A DNA stretch of 64,000 nucleotides from Octopus vulgaris (GCA_951406725.2 OX597814.1:46748001-46812000); one strand, 5' to 3'. Positions 43,690 through 57,022 are shown, numbered from the stretch's first letter. Translations and numbers: made by a program. Notes: generated from the letters alone by a model not told the origin.

Positions 43690-44051
43690 CATCATCATCA
43701 TCATTTAGCATCCGTTTTCCATGCTAGCATGGGTTGGACGGTTCAACTGGGGTCTGTGAAGCCAGAAGGCTGCATCAGGCCCAGTCTGGCAGTGTTTCTA
43801 CGGCTGGATGCCCTTCCTAACGCCAACCACTCCGCGAGTGTAGTGGGTGCTTTTTACGTGCCACCCGCACAGGTGCCAGACGGAGCTGGCAAACGGCCAC
43901 GAATGGATGGTGCTTTTACGTGCCACCGGCACGGGGGCCAGGCGAGGCTGGCAACGGACACGAACGGATGGTGCTTTTACATGCCACCGGCACGGAGGCC
44001 AGTCGGGGTGGCGCTGGCAACAGCCACGAACAGATGGTGCTTTTTACGTGC
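43690..44051 (-). mobile_element. RTE 3' UTR fragment with repeat units
   Basis: (CAT)n tail, CCATGCTAGCATGG, and four GGTGCTTTT(T)ACRTGC motifs, the last one truncated. Confidence 0.9.
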
Positions 44052-46116
44052 TCTTTGTTTGGTACTCTTTTTATATTTAAAAAGAAAAAATGGATTTATT
44101 ATTGCATTTATAGTAATCGTATACAGTATTTATGATAAATATGTAAGTCCACAACAGTTAGTTGAAACCTTTGGATCCCTATTAAAACAGGCAGATCATG
44201 ATTCACTAACATTATCCAAGCAGCATGCTGTAAAATATGCTCTTGTATACCAAACTGGTAGTAACCTTAAACAGTGTTGACCATGTGCATGCATGCAAAG
44301 ATATACCATGCTATAATGAAATTAGTATAGCGGTATCATGGACTGGATACACAGGGTGTAAACTTCTGTATTTGTTAGAAATAGATTCTAAATATTTTAT
44401 TGAAAACAGTAATTAACATTCTTAGTTGAAATATATAGTGTATAAGATATAAACGTGCATTAATCATTACTTAGTAACAGTATTAAAAAAACCCCCACTA
44501 TTGCAAAGGTTTCTACACCCTCAAGGCAATTGAATGCTTCTAGACTGTTGAGTAACAAATGATTAGGCAAGACACAGTGTTACTTTCTGGGTTTATATTC
44601 ATTGTCTCAACTTAAAACAGGACTTCTTTTATTGCTTGATTCATTTTATTGATAGTAACCATCAAAGTATCTAGCTGTTCACTGTCATCAGCTGGAATCA
44701 CTGTTATTTCCTTACTCAAATCACTTTTACAATTGGCCAGAGTTGTTCAGCATACCAATCAATATTTCCTACTATCATTAATTCAAGAAATATTTTTTCT
44801 CTGTGTGAATAATTTATTTAACTTCAGTAGGATATTTCATCAACTTGTTTTGATATTGGACTGTTTTATCAATCTCAAAATTTAGATTAATTACAGTATA
44901 AAGTGGTTTATTAAACTTTTCTGCAGAAGACAATCTGGATTCACCAGAAGCTGTGCAGTATTTGAACAAAATTTTGAAGAAAAACTAATGAAAGGATCCA
45001 ATTTGAGGACCAAAAGCATGAGGAATTTTTCTATTATTCATGACTTTTTCAGGAGATTCATTTTAAGATAGTTTATAGTTAAGAGTTTCTTGTTTCTGCA
45101 TTCCATTCAATTCAGACAATCACGAAGAGCTTCAAATTTTGGTTCATGATCAGAAACTAGAGTATCTGGAAAACTAAATTGTATAAAAAAAAACAATCAA
45201 CAAGGTTTTAATGTAATTAGAAATAATTGCCATTGTCCAAAATGTGTCAACATCAACATTTATTAGGACGTTTTGTTTGTCTACTATATAATTACTGTAT
45301 ATGTGTATACTCTATTATGGTAATGATTCTGCCCTTGTATCAGTAGAAGGTATCCTTTGAAGTGAATTCTCTGACAAGCCTGACATGAAGTAACAAATCA
45401 ATGAATGCATCTGGCCATTCAGAGTCACCCTTTTGTGAATGATGCCTTTTTCAATGTTTGTTGGCCTCCCGTATATATTTATTACGGATATTCTGTAAGG
45501 TTTAGAGATGAATAATAACCAAGTACTAATGTATATTAAATCATTTTCCATTGCTAAACATCTACATGTACAATAAAAAGATCTTTTTAGAGGGTGCACA
45601 TGAACCCAGAATCTTTTTGCTCCTTTGGATTCTGTCATGGAGTTTTTTCATTTGGCTCTGCTTGGTCTCTTTCAATTTCCTTATCCAGAATGTAGAACAC
45701 AAGTCCATATGTTCATTATCAGTAGTCATAATAGTCTTGATAAGGCATTATCATAACAAAATCCAATTGTGACAAAGACATTTAACTATCCTGTGAGAGG
45801 TTCGATGATATATGGTCAATCCATAAGGAATTTCAAAAGTTCATGATCAGTCTCAAGTTTAACCCTTCTAAGAAGACAATACCTTAGTTTATGAATGCAC
45901 CATGCAATAGCATATGACTCTCCTTCTATTTTAAACCACTTCTGTTTACTTCCAGTGCATGTATGACTTACATAAGCAACAGAATATCCTTTTCAAGACA
46001 TCATTCCAGCCACAGAGTACTGTGAGGCCTTGACCATTAGTTATAGACTCATTTCTTTTCTTTTTTTTTTTTCAAGTGGCTGAAATACAGGTTTGGATAT
46101 TAGTTCAGTATTTAAG

Positions 46117-46222
46117 AAATTAAGTACCAGTTATGCACTGGGGTCGATGTAATCGACTTAATCCGTTTATCTGTCCTTGTTTGTCCGCTCTGTGTTTAGC
46201 CCCTTGTGGGTAGTAAAGAAAT
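46117..46222 (+). mobile_element. Nin/Deu-type SINE 3' fragment
   Basis: AAATTAAGTACCAGTTATGCACTGGGGTCGATGTAATCGAC matches 21780-21820 and the reverse complement of 56020-56125. Confidence 0.7.
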
Positions 46223-46582
46223 ATATTTAAGAAAAAGAATGCTTGTAGCCTTGAAATTAAATTCATGAACTGCTAAAATAGCACATTAGATGTAATTGAG
46301 AGTTTTGTTACCTGGGTAATCTAATTAGTAATGTAGATGGTTTTGAAAAACCATTTTAGATAGAGTGAAGAAGTAGTAGTGGAAAAAGATCAGGGTGCTG
46401 TTGCTTCTGTTGACAACAACTGGAATTTAATGTTTTTAAATATAAACAATTCTATAATAATTAAAAGAATTGCAATATAATGATACTGAAATTCAACATG
46501 ACACTACTACTAGAAGCCACAGAATGCATATATTTTTGTATTTTATTCAATATCTTTAAAATATTTTGCATTGTGTTTCAAA

Positions 46583-47065
46583 ATCATCATCATCATTTAA
46601 CAGCTATTTTCCATGCTGGCATGAGTTGGACAGTTTTACAGGAGTTGACCAACTGAAGGACAATTCAGGCTCCTGCCTGATTTGGCCTGGTTTCTATGGC
46701 TAGATGCCCTTCCTAATGCCAATCATTTTACAGAGTGTATTGAGTGCTTTTTATGCAGAACTGGCATGGGTGCTTTTTACATGGCACCAGCACCTATGAC
46801 CCCTGAAGATTAGGGATGCTTAGCTGGAGAGGATTGCAAGGGACAAGCCTGTATGCAAAGACAACCATGCTTTTACTTAGCTTGATGTGTCTTTTCTAGC
46901 ACAGCAAACTGCCAGGAGTCTCGGTCCCCTGTCATCCCCTTTGTGAGCCCCAATGTCTGTAGATCATTTCTCACCACTTCGTCCCACATCTTCCTGGGTC
47001 TACCCCTTTCACATGTTCCCTCTACAATTAGAGTTTAGCACCTCTTGGTGCAACTGCTTTCTCCA
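46583..47065 (-). mobile_element. older RTE 3' fragment (ORF end + 3' UTR)
   Basis: Minus-strand VEGTCERGRPRKMWDEVVRND at ~46960-47030, with the terminal domain and (CAT)n at 46583-46720. Confidence 0.8.
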
Positions 47066-47949
47066 GGAATTCCTTTCTTGCTTAGGTTTTCTCTTCAGTT
47101 GTTGACCATCAACTGTTTTGTTGTGACCACAACAACATCACCCATACATCTTGATCTCCAAGTCTAAAATGGTTGAAAAATTCTACAAGCACTAATTGTC
47201 ATTCCTAATTAGACTAACTAATCAATAAATTAGTACTAGTGGAAACATTTTTTTGCTTTCTTACAAAATGATTGTAAGCTCCTTAGTACTTTTTTGCATA
47301 TGCAAGATAATTACATTTTTTCCAACTAATATCATAGTTAATTTATTAAATGATTACAGTTAGGCATAAAAGCAAATTAACATCACTTTGAAACATCTAT
47401 TTTGAAGAATTAATTGCTTGTCACCCATTCTATCATGTAAGCTTATGTAATAAATATTATTCTTATAATCTAGCATTAGACACAAACAAGCAACTTATAG
47501 CTTGTCAATTTCTAGTTAACATTGAATGAAAGTCTCTTGGAATGGAATTATAGATGTTATTGTCAATAATGTAGCACAAGGGAACTGAATGAACCATTCT
47601 TCATTGATGTAATGTGGTTCTAAATTTGGTTTGAAGTAGGATTTCTTTTTTAATATTAAATATTGTAATCTATAAACTAGGTTATATAGAATCATCATTG
47701 TCATTGTTTGTATTCACTTTGTCCAGTCCACAATGGCATAAATTGGCCAAGACATCTTAAGGCATTGTTCAATGGCTAAATACCCTTTCTGCCACTAACC
47801 TTTATTTTCAAGTAAAATATTTTATTTCATTTATCTTCACATGTAAAAACAGATATATTGTTTAAAGGAGACATAAGCATAAAATTACCATGTTTCAAGT
47901 GTTAATGTGGAAAATATTCACACACACACACATACACACTTGTATGTCT

Positions 47950-48310
47950 CATTATCATTGTTTTTATGTCCTCATTTTCAAGATTTTCATAGGTCAGGTA
48001 GAGTTTGTTGAGGTAGATTTTCTATAGCCAGATGCCCTTCCTGTTGCCAACACACATTTTCAAGCAATGTGATATTCTCCTATAGCCAGAAGTGTTTTTA
48101 TGAAAGACTGGAAATGAACACTCAGAATTATTACAAAGTTTCAAAACAAGAAGACACAACTTTCATCCACATGTGCACCCACCCACGTTTGTGTATGATG
48201 AGATTCTTTCAGTTTTCATTTACCAAATCCATTCACAAGGCTCTAATTAAGGTGTCACATGGTGGGATGGAATACAAGACCACATGGTTGGAAAGTTAAC
48301 TTCTTAACCC
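47950..48310 (-). mobile_element. degraded SINE (CORE-like head with RTE-type tail)
   Basis: GATGCCCTTCCTGTTGCCAAC at ~48030 and TTCAGTTTTCATTTACCAAATCCATTCACAAGGC at ~48208-48241. Confidence 0.6.
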
Positions 48311-49237
48311 CGCACTTAGGTCGGCACATATGTATGTATGCACCTCTGTGTGTATTTTAAAATTCCATCAAGTATACTAATTATTGTTGTAGACTACAGT
48401 CGTTGATATCTTTTGCGTATTGTATTATACTTTCAATTTTGGCTTACTTTGATCAAAAACTTCAGGAGTGCATCATCACCACCATGTTTGCATGGTACCA
48501 AATTGTTTCATGTCTTTAACCATCACTGTAGTGTTGTGTTTCTTGGCTGATCTCGATGGCCTCACCTACAGCGTAATATCTGCAACATTTGGGTCAGTCA
48601 GTTGTCTCTGATCTTTCCAGTAGATGTCATAGTCATTACTGTTGATTGCTCAAGCATTAACAACTCTTAGCAAATTCTTTGTTTTGTACAGTTTGTAAAG
48701 GTTATAAAGTTTGTTTTCTGAAAGGTTTACTAATTCTGCTCATACTTGTTCCTCAGGGAATTAGACTTTGGACATATTTTAGCTGTACAATTAAATAACT
48801 AATGAAATGACTTCTAATTTTTGTTGCTTCACTGCTTAAATGTTCTTAGATTGCAATGCAGTAACTTCATTTTGCTCCTATGTATTAAATTGTATAGTTG
48901 CTTGAATAGCATACTGTAATGAAAATAGGTCTGATTACATGCATTTTGAAGATTTGATTACTTTCAAGTTGTTTTAAATTGCACAATTTAGATGACAATA
49001 AAATATCTTCAACAAAAGGCACTTTCAGTTAGTAGCTATTTAAAGTTTTCTTTCATATCTATTTCAAGTTTCTTTTATTTATTCAATATTTATTCCAACC
49101 AACCAGTCAACTAACCTCAAGCTTTCCTTTTACAATTGTATCACAGCATAAATGTTCTACCTGTTTGTGTCGTATTCATTATGCTTGGTGGGTGTGGTGA
49201 TTTTTTTCTTTTTTTTAAATACAAGTTTTTTGCAAAG

Positions 49238-49376
49238 AATCATCATTTAACATCCGTTGTCCAAGCTGGAATGGGTTGGTCAGTTTTACCAGGGCTGGCA
49301 AGCTGGAAGGCTGTACCAGACTCCAGTCTGATTTGGCATGGTTTCTATGGTTGGATGCCCTTCCTAATGCCAACCA
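49238..49376 (-). mobile_element. RTE 3'-terminal fragment
   Basis: ATCATCATTTAACATCCG...GGATGCCCTTCCTAATGCCAACCA. Confidence 0.75.
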
Positions 49377-51541
49377 TAAGGATATGCATTTTCATGAAAT
49401 TGTGAAGTCAAATGCTTAATCCTTAGTTCCCATTCCAATTAAATATTTTAATGAAATTATCGGTTTTTTTAATGGTTTAACCAGAGATGAAATGACAACT
49501 TCCATGAACTTCTTTGGGACTTGTGGGAGAAAAGAGAAAATTATATTTCATATCTGAGATCTGGCTTGAATGCTTCCAGCAAAATAGATTCTACTAAAGT
49601 TACTAAAAGGCCATATGATGATGATGTTTAATCAGGCAACAGATGTTTGCTTTATAATCATACTATAACAGTGAGACCACATTAAAAAAAAAATATTTAT
49701 ATAACCTATTTTTGCACTTTACTAAAAGACTGTGTAATCTTGTTATAAGATTCAGTTTGAAAAGCCTTGAAACAAAAGATATAAGTTTAGCATGTCTATT
49801 ACACTGATGGAAAACCAGTTTTTAAATTACTTCTGTGATTTTTTATTGGATTTTTCTTTTTATTTGTTTTGTTTAGTTTAGAGGAATGGGCTATATACAA
49901 TATCAATTTTCTTCCAATTTATTGAATAAAAATATTTATAATGAAAATTCATGTCAGCAATAGTAATATTTTAAGAAGGATCAGGAGAGAAATCTTGCAT
50001 TTTCCACGTTTTTCTCTTTTAATAAGCTATAAAAGAAAATAAGAGAGAGAGAGAAAGCCTTGTAGCTAATTATAATTAGCTGTTTGTCATGCCTTGAATT
50101 TCATTGAAGCAATTTCAATTATGTCTTTTGCAACTTTGTGATGGTTTTATTTTGCTTCAGCTGTTTATTTCTTTTTGTTTTTGTTTGTGATGCAGTAATT
50201 AAACTTACATAAATGTTAGTCTGCTACATGAGGATTTTCTTATAAGTAAACAGATTAAGCTACTGCAATGACTGTTATTACATTTTCAGATTAGATTAGA
50301 TGAAAAATTACATATTGAATTAAATCTAATGATTTATGTTTACCACTTGTATTGTAATGGATCAACTAATGAGGAACCATTAAACACTATAACACTGAAA
50401 TTTTTTCTTTTTCTCATTTTATTTTATTGTCCTAAGCTGTCTAAAATCTACTAGTTTGTCTAAGATTTTTGATATTCAGGACTTGGGAGTTACTTGTCTC
50501 TTTGGAAAGGATGCCAGTCTAAATACATATTCATCTAAGCCAAGCTAGCATGGCTTAGATGAATGTATTATTGCAGCATTGTTTTACAGCCAGATGCTCT
50601 TCCTGTCACTAACCCTCACCTTTTTTTCAAGACAGGGGTCTTTTAATCCACCTCCTCAAAAGTAAAAGGCCAGCAGATTTGTTGAGAAGGAAGACATCAC
50701 TGCTTGTAACTTGGTGATTTTTGGAGAAGCATAAATGTAAACAACCTGATGCATATGTACACACACATGAACACACACACACATGAACACACACACTCTA
50801 CCTATCTACCTGCCTACCTAGCTATATGTCTGTTGTCTATCCATCCATACATACATAATCCATGCATGGAAACGATAATCTCCTAATCTATCAAACAACA
50901 AACACTGTGGAGGACATTGTACAAATGAACGTTTTGTTTACTAAGATTGCACAACATATCAACGGGTGTTAAGAAACCCAGGCATGCTTTTGCAATGTAC
51001 TGTAAGCAAACAATTCTATCAGTGAAGCAGTCCTTTACAATCAGGAAATAAACATAAGTGATGACAGAAATAGGAACTCTCTCTCTCTCTTTCTCTCACA
51101 CACACATATTTGATAGGTTTCTCCAGTCCCACTACCAAATCCCCTCAAAGATTTGGTCAGTTGGGGGTTACAGCAGAAGATTTCTTAACCACGCAGCCAT
51201 GGTTGTGACTATATCTTTGTGCATACACTACTTAGCATTATGACTTTAAAAACATATAAATGTTTCAATATATATATCGTATCTAATTTGAGTTGAGGTT
51301 GATTGTGTAGAAAATAAAAATTGAAAATACATACACGTGTATATAGGTCAAAAGTGAAAAAAGAAAAAATAATGAATATTATTTGAGTAGGTAGAATGTC
51401 ATTGACAAGGTCAGTGATTTCTACAAAAGAAAATCAAATTCTAGAAAATAATGAAAGGAACAATACCTCTGTGTGTGTAAAATTGATGTCTATTTTTTGA
51501 AACCTCATGTAAGATGCAGAAACTAAAGGAAAGAAACATAT

Positions 51542-51918
51542 TTTCTTTTATCTTGTTTCAGTCATCAGACTGTGGCCATGCTGGGACACTACCTAGAAGA
51601 ATTGTAGTCAACTGAATCAACCCCAGTACTTATTTTTTATGCTGGATACTTATTTTATAGGCCACTTTTGCCAAACTGCTAACTTACAGGGATGTAAGCA
51701 CACCAACACTTGTTGTCAGGTAGTTATGGGACAAACACACACCAGTTTCTTTCAGTTTCCATCTACCAAATTCACTCACAAGGTTTTTATTGGTCCAAGG
51801 CTATAGTAGAAGATACTTGCCCAAGGTTATAGTAGAAGATACTTGCCCAAGGTGCCACACAGTGGGACTGAACCCAGAGCCATACAGTTGGGAAGCAAAC
51901 CTCTTACCAAACAACCAT
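51542..51918 (-). mobile_element. SINE (36635 family), with an internal ~27-bp tandem duplication
   Basis: Reverse-complement homology across head and tail; duplicated CCAAGG(C/T)TATAGTAGAAGATACTTGC at ~51795-51852. Confidence 0.8.
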
Positions 51919-52699
51919 TGAAAATATTTTCAATATATTGACAACTGGTTTAAAGGCTGCACTCTGTGTGGTCTTTTAAGGTAGCTCCTGCGGAGGGCTA
52001 ATTGGGTCTGCAGCCCAAAACTGAATAGACTACAATACATCTAAAATGACTATATGCCTCAGTGATGTTTGATCAGAGATTAAGGACGGATGAGGATTAA
52101 TTCTGTAATGCAATCATTCGGTTGTTCCAGTTCCAAGTTGAATTCCAGCTGTTGGCCAATTTGTCCCAAAGTTCTTATCTTGATGTCAAATTAACAAAGC
52201 GAATGTCATTTATCTCCCCCTTGATCTCTGATGTCATCTAGCAAATGCCAACCAAGATGGTGTGAATTAGCCAAGCTTTACCTGCTAGAAGTAGCAACCC
52301 AAATGCTTTTAAATCAGATCCCAATACTGGATATTCAATAACCAAATGAAGGGCAGATTTCCGATCCTGGGATCATTCGGATTCCAAAAGGTATAATATG
52401 CCTATGTAGAGTAAATGTAGACTGAGATCAGGGGTCCCAAACAAACAAATTTTCGCTTTTATCATAAAAGAAAATATGCCAGATTTTTTTTTTCTTTTTG
52501 TGATATCAAAGCTGGAAAAAGAACCACTTCAATGAAAATCTTCATTGCTACAAAACCCTCAATAATTGTATAATATTTAGCATTCCCTATCATAATTTTT
52601 AGCCTTTAAAAACAGGCACCTCTCCCACATAGCAGGAGCTTTTTACTTTTCCAACTTTGGGTTTTCTATGGTTTTGCAAGTTACTCAACAACCTCACTA

Positions 52700-52809
52700 G
52701 TACTGGTGGCACAAAAAGCACCCAGTACATACTGTACTGGGGTTGGTGTTTGGAAGGTCATCCAGTCATAGAAACCATGCCATTACGTATATTAAATGAT
52801 GATGATGAG
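52700..52809 (+). mobile_element. degraded RTE-type 3' terminus
   Basis: GGTGGCACAAAAAGCACC, GGAAGGTCATCCAG and an (ATG)n tail. Confidence 0.6.
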
Positions 52810-52956
52810 ATAGCCCATGCAATAACTAGAATAAATTTCAGAAAGAATAATAAATCTTTGTTGAATTAATTTAAATTGAAATTAATTCAATACCTGATAG
52901 TGCAAAACACTCATAATGAAATGTCTACAAAATGAATACTGGTGATACATAAAATA

Positions 52957-54181
52957 CGAGGGGCGTTCAATAAGTAATGCCCCTGACCCACTTCCCATAG
53001 CAGTAGAGCAACAAAACGTGGCACAATTATTAGTCTTTTTCTACATAGGAACCACCCAGAGTTACGCATTTCTCCCATCGTTTGATGCAGCTCTGGAGAC
53101 CGTTTTTGTAGAAGACCCCAGCTTGGTCCTCCAACCACGACGTGACTTCAGAAATCAAGGCTGCATCATCTGGGAAACGCTTTCCTTTCAAAAACAACTT
53201 CATGGCTGGGAAGAGGTGAGAATCAGAGGGTGCAAGGTCAGGAGAGGGGGAGGAGTTCATAGCCGCACGCCTGTGCTTCTGATCTGGTGACACGCGAGTT
53301 GTGGACCGGAAGATGCCTTTGCTGATCTTGCCCCGCCTCTTGATTTTGATAGCTTCTCTTAATTTCATCAAAAGGGAAGCATAATAGGCTCCTGTAATTA
53401 TGGTACCTTTTGCCAGGAAATCTGTCATCACTACTCCGTCCTGGTCCCAGAAGACTGTGAGCATGACCTTGCCAGTGGAGGGTTGCACCCTTGCCTTCTT
53501 TGGAGGCGGTGACTCACGGTGCTTCCACTGCATTGACTGGGCTTTGGTCTCTGGATCATAGTGATGGACCCAGGTTTCATCCTGTGTAATCAGACTTTTG
53601 GCACATCTTCAAATTCATCCTCAAGCACTCGACGCGTTCTTGCTTCTGGAAAGGTGTGAGCAACCTGGGAATCCATCTGGCAGACAACTTTTGCATATGC
53701 AAATGGTCATGAATGATAGTTTCCACAGACCTGGTACTAATCTTGACCTCATGGGCTATTTGGCGAATAGTTATGCGTCGATCTTCCAAAATGGCAGCCT
53801 CAACTTAACGGACAGATACCTCATCAATGGCAGAAGGGGGGGCGACCAGATCTGGGAGCTGTTTCCACAGAGTTCCGACCATGTTTTAATTCACGATGCC
53901 AGCGTTTTACAAGGTCATATGATGGGGCATCATCACCATAAGTTACTTTCATTTCATCAAAAGTCTCTCGTGGTGTGCGTCCTTTCAAATACAAAAACCG
54001 GATCACTGTTCGACACTCAACAGGCTCCATTTCACACTTAACTCAGTTCAAACACTTGTAAATCAGAAACCACAATTATTTCACTTAATCTGTAGAGATA
54101 TAAATAATTGCACATGCAAAATTTCAGCTGGATCAAACAACTGCAAGTGGGTCAGGGGCATTACTTATTGAACGTCCCTCG
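52957..54181 (-). mobile_element. mariner DNA transposon, second copy of the 23196-24490 family; transposase disrupted by deletions
   Basis: TIRs CGAGGGGCGTTCAATAAGTAATGCCCCTGACCCACTT and AAGTGGGTCAGGGGCATTACTTATTGAACGTCCCTCG, flanked by TA. Transposase pieces at 53824-54030, 53577-53789 and 53030-53533 (SPDLAPSD). Confidence 0.95.
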
Positions 54182-54296
54182 TAAGTTTAGGTTAAAAACA
54201 AGAATATAAACAAAAAAATGAAGATGAATATAATATATATGTATCTAATATACATATATTAACATAAAAATGAATATTAATAGCCCCACCCCTTTC

Positions 54297-54340
<44 letters not shown>

Positions 54341-54819
54341 TGGAAAATGTGTGAGTCTTGGTTTAGTTAGGTATATTTGTAAAAAGAAAAGGAATCACTT
54401 CACTTGTAGTTCTAATGAGTTTAATTTACTATTTTTAATTTTTTAATAATATAAATTTTACTCTTTAGTTCATAGATCTAGTAAGTTCTTTGTTAACTTG
54501 GGTGGGGAGATTTTTTACAAAAATTCCGTAACTTTTCTGGAGAACTTTCTCACATTTGTTATCAAACAGATCTGAGGGTTTGGGGCTTTGTGATTCTATA
54601 TATGGGACTTAGGTGTGTTTAGGGTTTGTTAAACAGTGAGGGAATGAAAGAGTAAAGAAAATAGTGAATGGTCAAAACAAGATACTTGATTAAGCGTGAA
54701 GTTGGGAGGTGGTGGGGTGCTAAAGGAGTGTTTTGTGAAGCCATATGAATAGTTGACCTTTGGTGAGAAATATAGTCAGGTTAGCTATTCAAAGTGAAGT
54801 CATTCTTTTTCTTTTTTCA

Positions 54820-54867
<48 letters not shown>

Positions 54868-54868
<1 letters not shown>

Positions 54869-55035
54869 GTGTAGGAGTGGCTGTGTGGAAGTAGCTTGCT
54901 TACGAGTCCGGAACCACATGGTTCCGGATTCAGTCCCACTGCGTGGCACCTTGGGAAAGTGTCTTCTACTATAGCCTCAGGCCGACCAAAGCCTTGTGAG
55001 TGGATTTGGTAGACAGAAACTGAAAGAAGCCCGTC

Positions 55036-55125
<90 letters not shown>

Positions 55126-55380
55126 CATATATATATATACACATATATATATATATGTGTGTGTGTGTGTATATGTTTGTGTGTCTATGTTTGTCCCCCC
55201 CAACATTGCTTGACAACCAATGCTGGTGTGTTTACGTCCCCGTAACTTAGTGGTTTGGCAAAAGAGACCGATAGAATAAGTACTAGGCTTACAAAGAATA
55301 AGTCCTGGGGTCGATTTGCTCGACTAAAGGCAGTGCACCAGCATGGCTACAGTCACATGACTGAAACAAGTAAAGAGAGT
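54868..55380 (+). mobile_element. full-length SINE (36635 family) with an expanded internal microsatellite
   Basis: Head 54868-55036, ~140 bp of (TA)n/(TG)n, tail 55185-55380. Confidence 0.88.
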
Positions 55381-55529
55381 GAAAGCATAATCTCTCTCTA
55401 TATATATTTATTTATTTATTGCCCACAGGGAGTTAAACATATAAATAAAGCCCAATGTTTAATCATAAATATTAATGAATCCATATAAATGAAGCACACA
55501 CTATTTTGCATATCTTGTGTGTGTGTGTG

Positions 55530-55601
<72 letters not shown>

Positions 55602-56019
55602 AATGTACTCATATCTGTAGATCATTCATCTTAACAGATACCTGTTTAAGAAGCAATTATTGCAACTATAAACACAATCTATTGTTACAAAGAATAATAT
55701 CAAAATCTAAGGATGAGTAAAACTAGCCTGTTTGGAACACAACTAAAATACAGAATGGAAATATATCCTTTGATATGTACTACCTTAGATAGTTGTGAAA
55801 GAAATCTAGTTTGAGTATAGTCTATAGGAGAGATAAATTTAGAAAACAAGTATTAAGAAAATAAAGTTAATATTATTCCATCAAATTAAGTTGAAAGAAA
55901 GAAGATTAAATTTGAGAACACTCTTAACAATCTAAGGGATGAAAGACAATATAGAAGATGCTAAAAATGATGTGTGAGCAAAATAAGTGCCTTTGAAAGT
56001 TGTGGTAGGATGGATACCT

Positions 56020-56180
56020 ATTTTTTTATTACGCACAAGGGGCTAAACACAGAGGGCACAAACAAGGACAGACATAGGTATTAAGTCGATTACATTGACC
56101 CCAGTGCGTTACTGGTACTTAATTTATCAACCCCGAAAGGATGAAAGGCAAAGTCGACCTCGGCGGAATTTGAACTCACA
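56020..56180 (-). mobile_element. Nin/Deu-type SINE fragment
   Basis: CTGGTACTTAATTTATCAACCCCGAAAGGATGAAAGGCAAAGTCGACCTCGGCGGAATTTGAAC, the reverse complement of a B-box plus Nin-like domain. Confidence 0.75.
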
Positions 56181-56741
56181 ATGGGATACCTAAGGACATA
56201 ATATTAATGTCAGCCAGCTAGCCAGTTTCTATCAAACTGTCCAACACATGCTGGCATGGAAAACAGACGTTAATTAATGCTGATGAAATATATCTGGAAG
56301 TTACAATAAAACTACATTATCTTGTAGTATATTAGCAACTGTTTCAGTGTTACACATATCAAAAGACAATGATTGTAAGAAAATAAAGGTACAAACAAAA
56401 TATAAGAGAAAGACAAAAAATAAAATGCAATTACATCATGGATTAGTCATTTTAGCAATTTAGAAACACAATTAAGCTGTTAAATTGACATGTTTGTTTG
56501 TTTCTTGAGGTGCTAAAATCTTTGTTTTATAACTATCACCTGGTCAATGATAATTTTTCTACATCTTGAAATTTAGTTAATGGTAAGCTCTTACAACTAT
56601 CAGGTGTTTTTTTTTTTCCTTGGTTTAACTTAGGGGTCTATTCTGTTCATATTGATTGATCTTGACTACTTGAAATTATTGTTTCTGCCAGTACTTTTTC
56701 AGTTTACGATTTGGTACATATCTCATTGCCATCAGCCCAAT

Positions 56742-56744
<3 letters not shown>

Positions 56745-56823
<79 letters not shown>

Positions 56824-56956
56824 ATTAATCAGCCGAAATTGCGAAGATGATCCGGTTCTTGACTGAAGATTGAAGGCTTTGAATGTCCCATCCGTGTTTT
56901 TTGTATCGTCTTCTAAATGTTTTACGTTCTTGTCCCAGTTTGTATTTTTTTACATT

Positions 56957-57021
<65 letters not shown>
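56745..57021. repeat. (TA)n tracts enclosing a ~140-bp insert (56821-56958), followed by (CA)n
   Basis: Direct inspection. The insert is CpG-retaining and contains a CTGAAGA...GAA motif. Confidence 0.7.

Positions 57022-57022
<1 letters not shown>

Noticed and set aside
44500-46000. Possible decayed hAT-type transposase (RFWVHVHPLKRSFYCTCRC resembles a zinc-finger segment); a similar impression for 60300-63800
   Set aside because: Only faint motif resemblance, with many stops and no TIR or TSD found. A profile search is needed before calling it.
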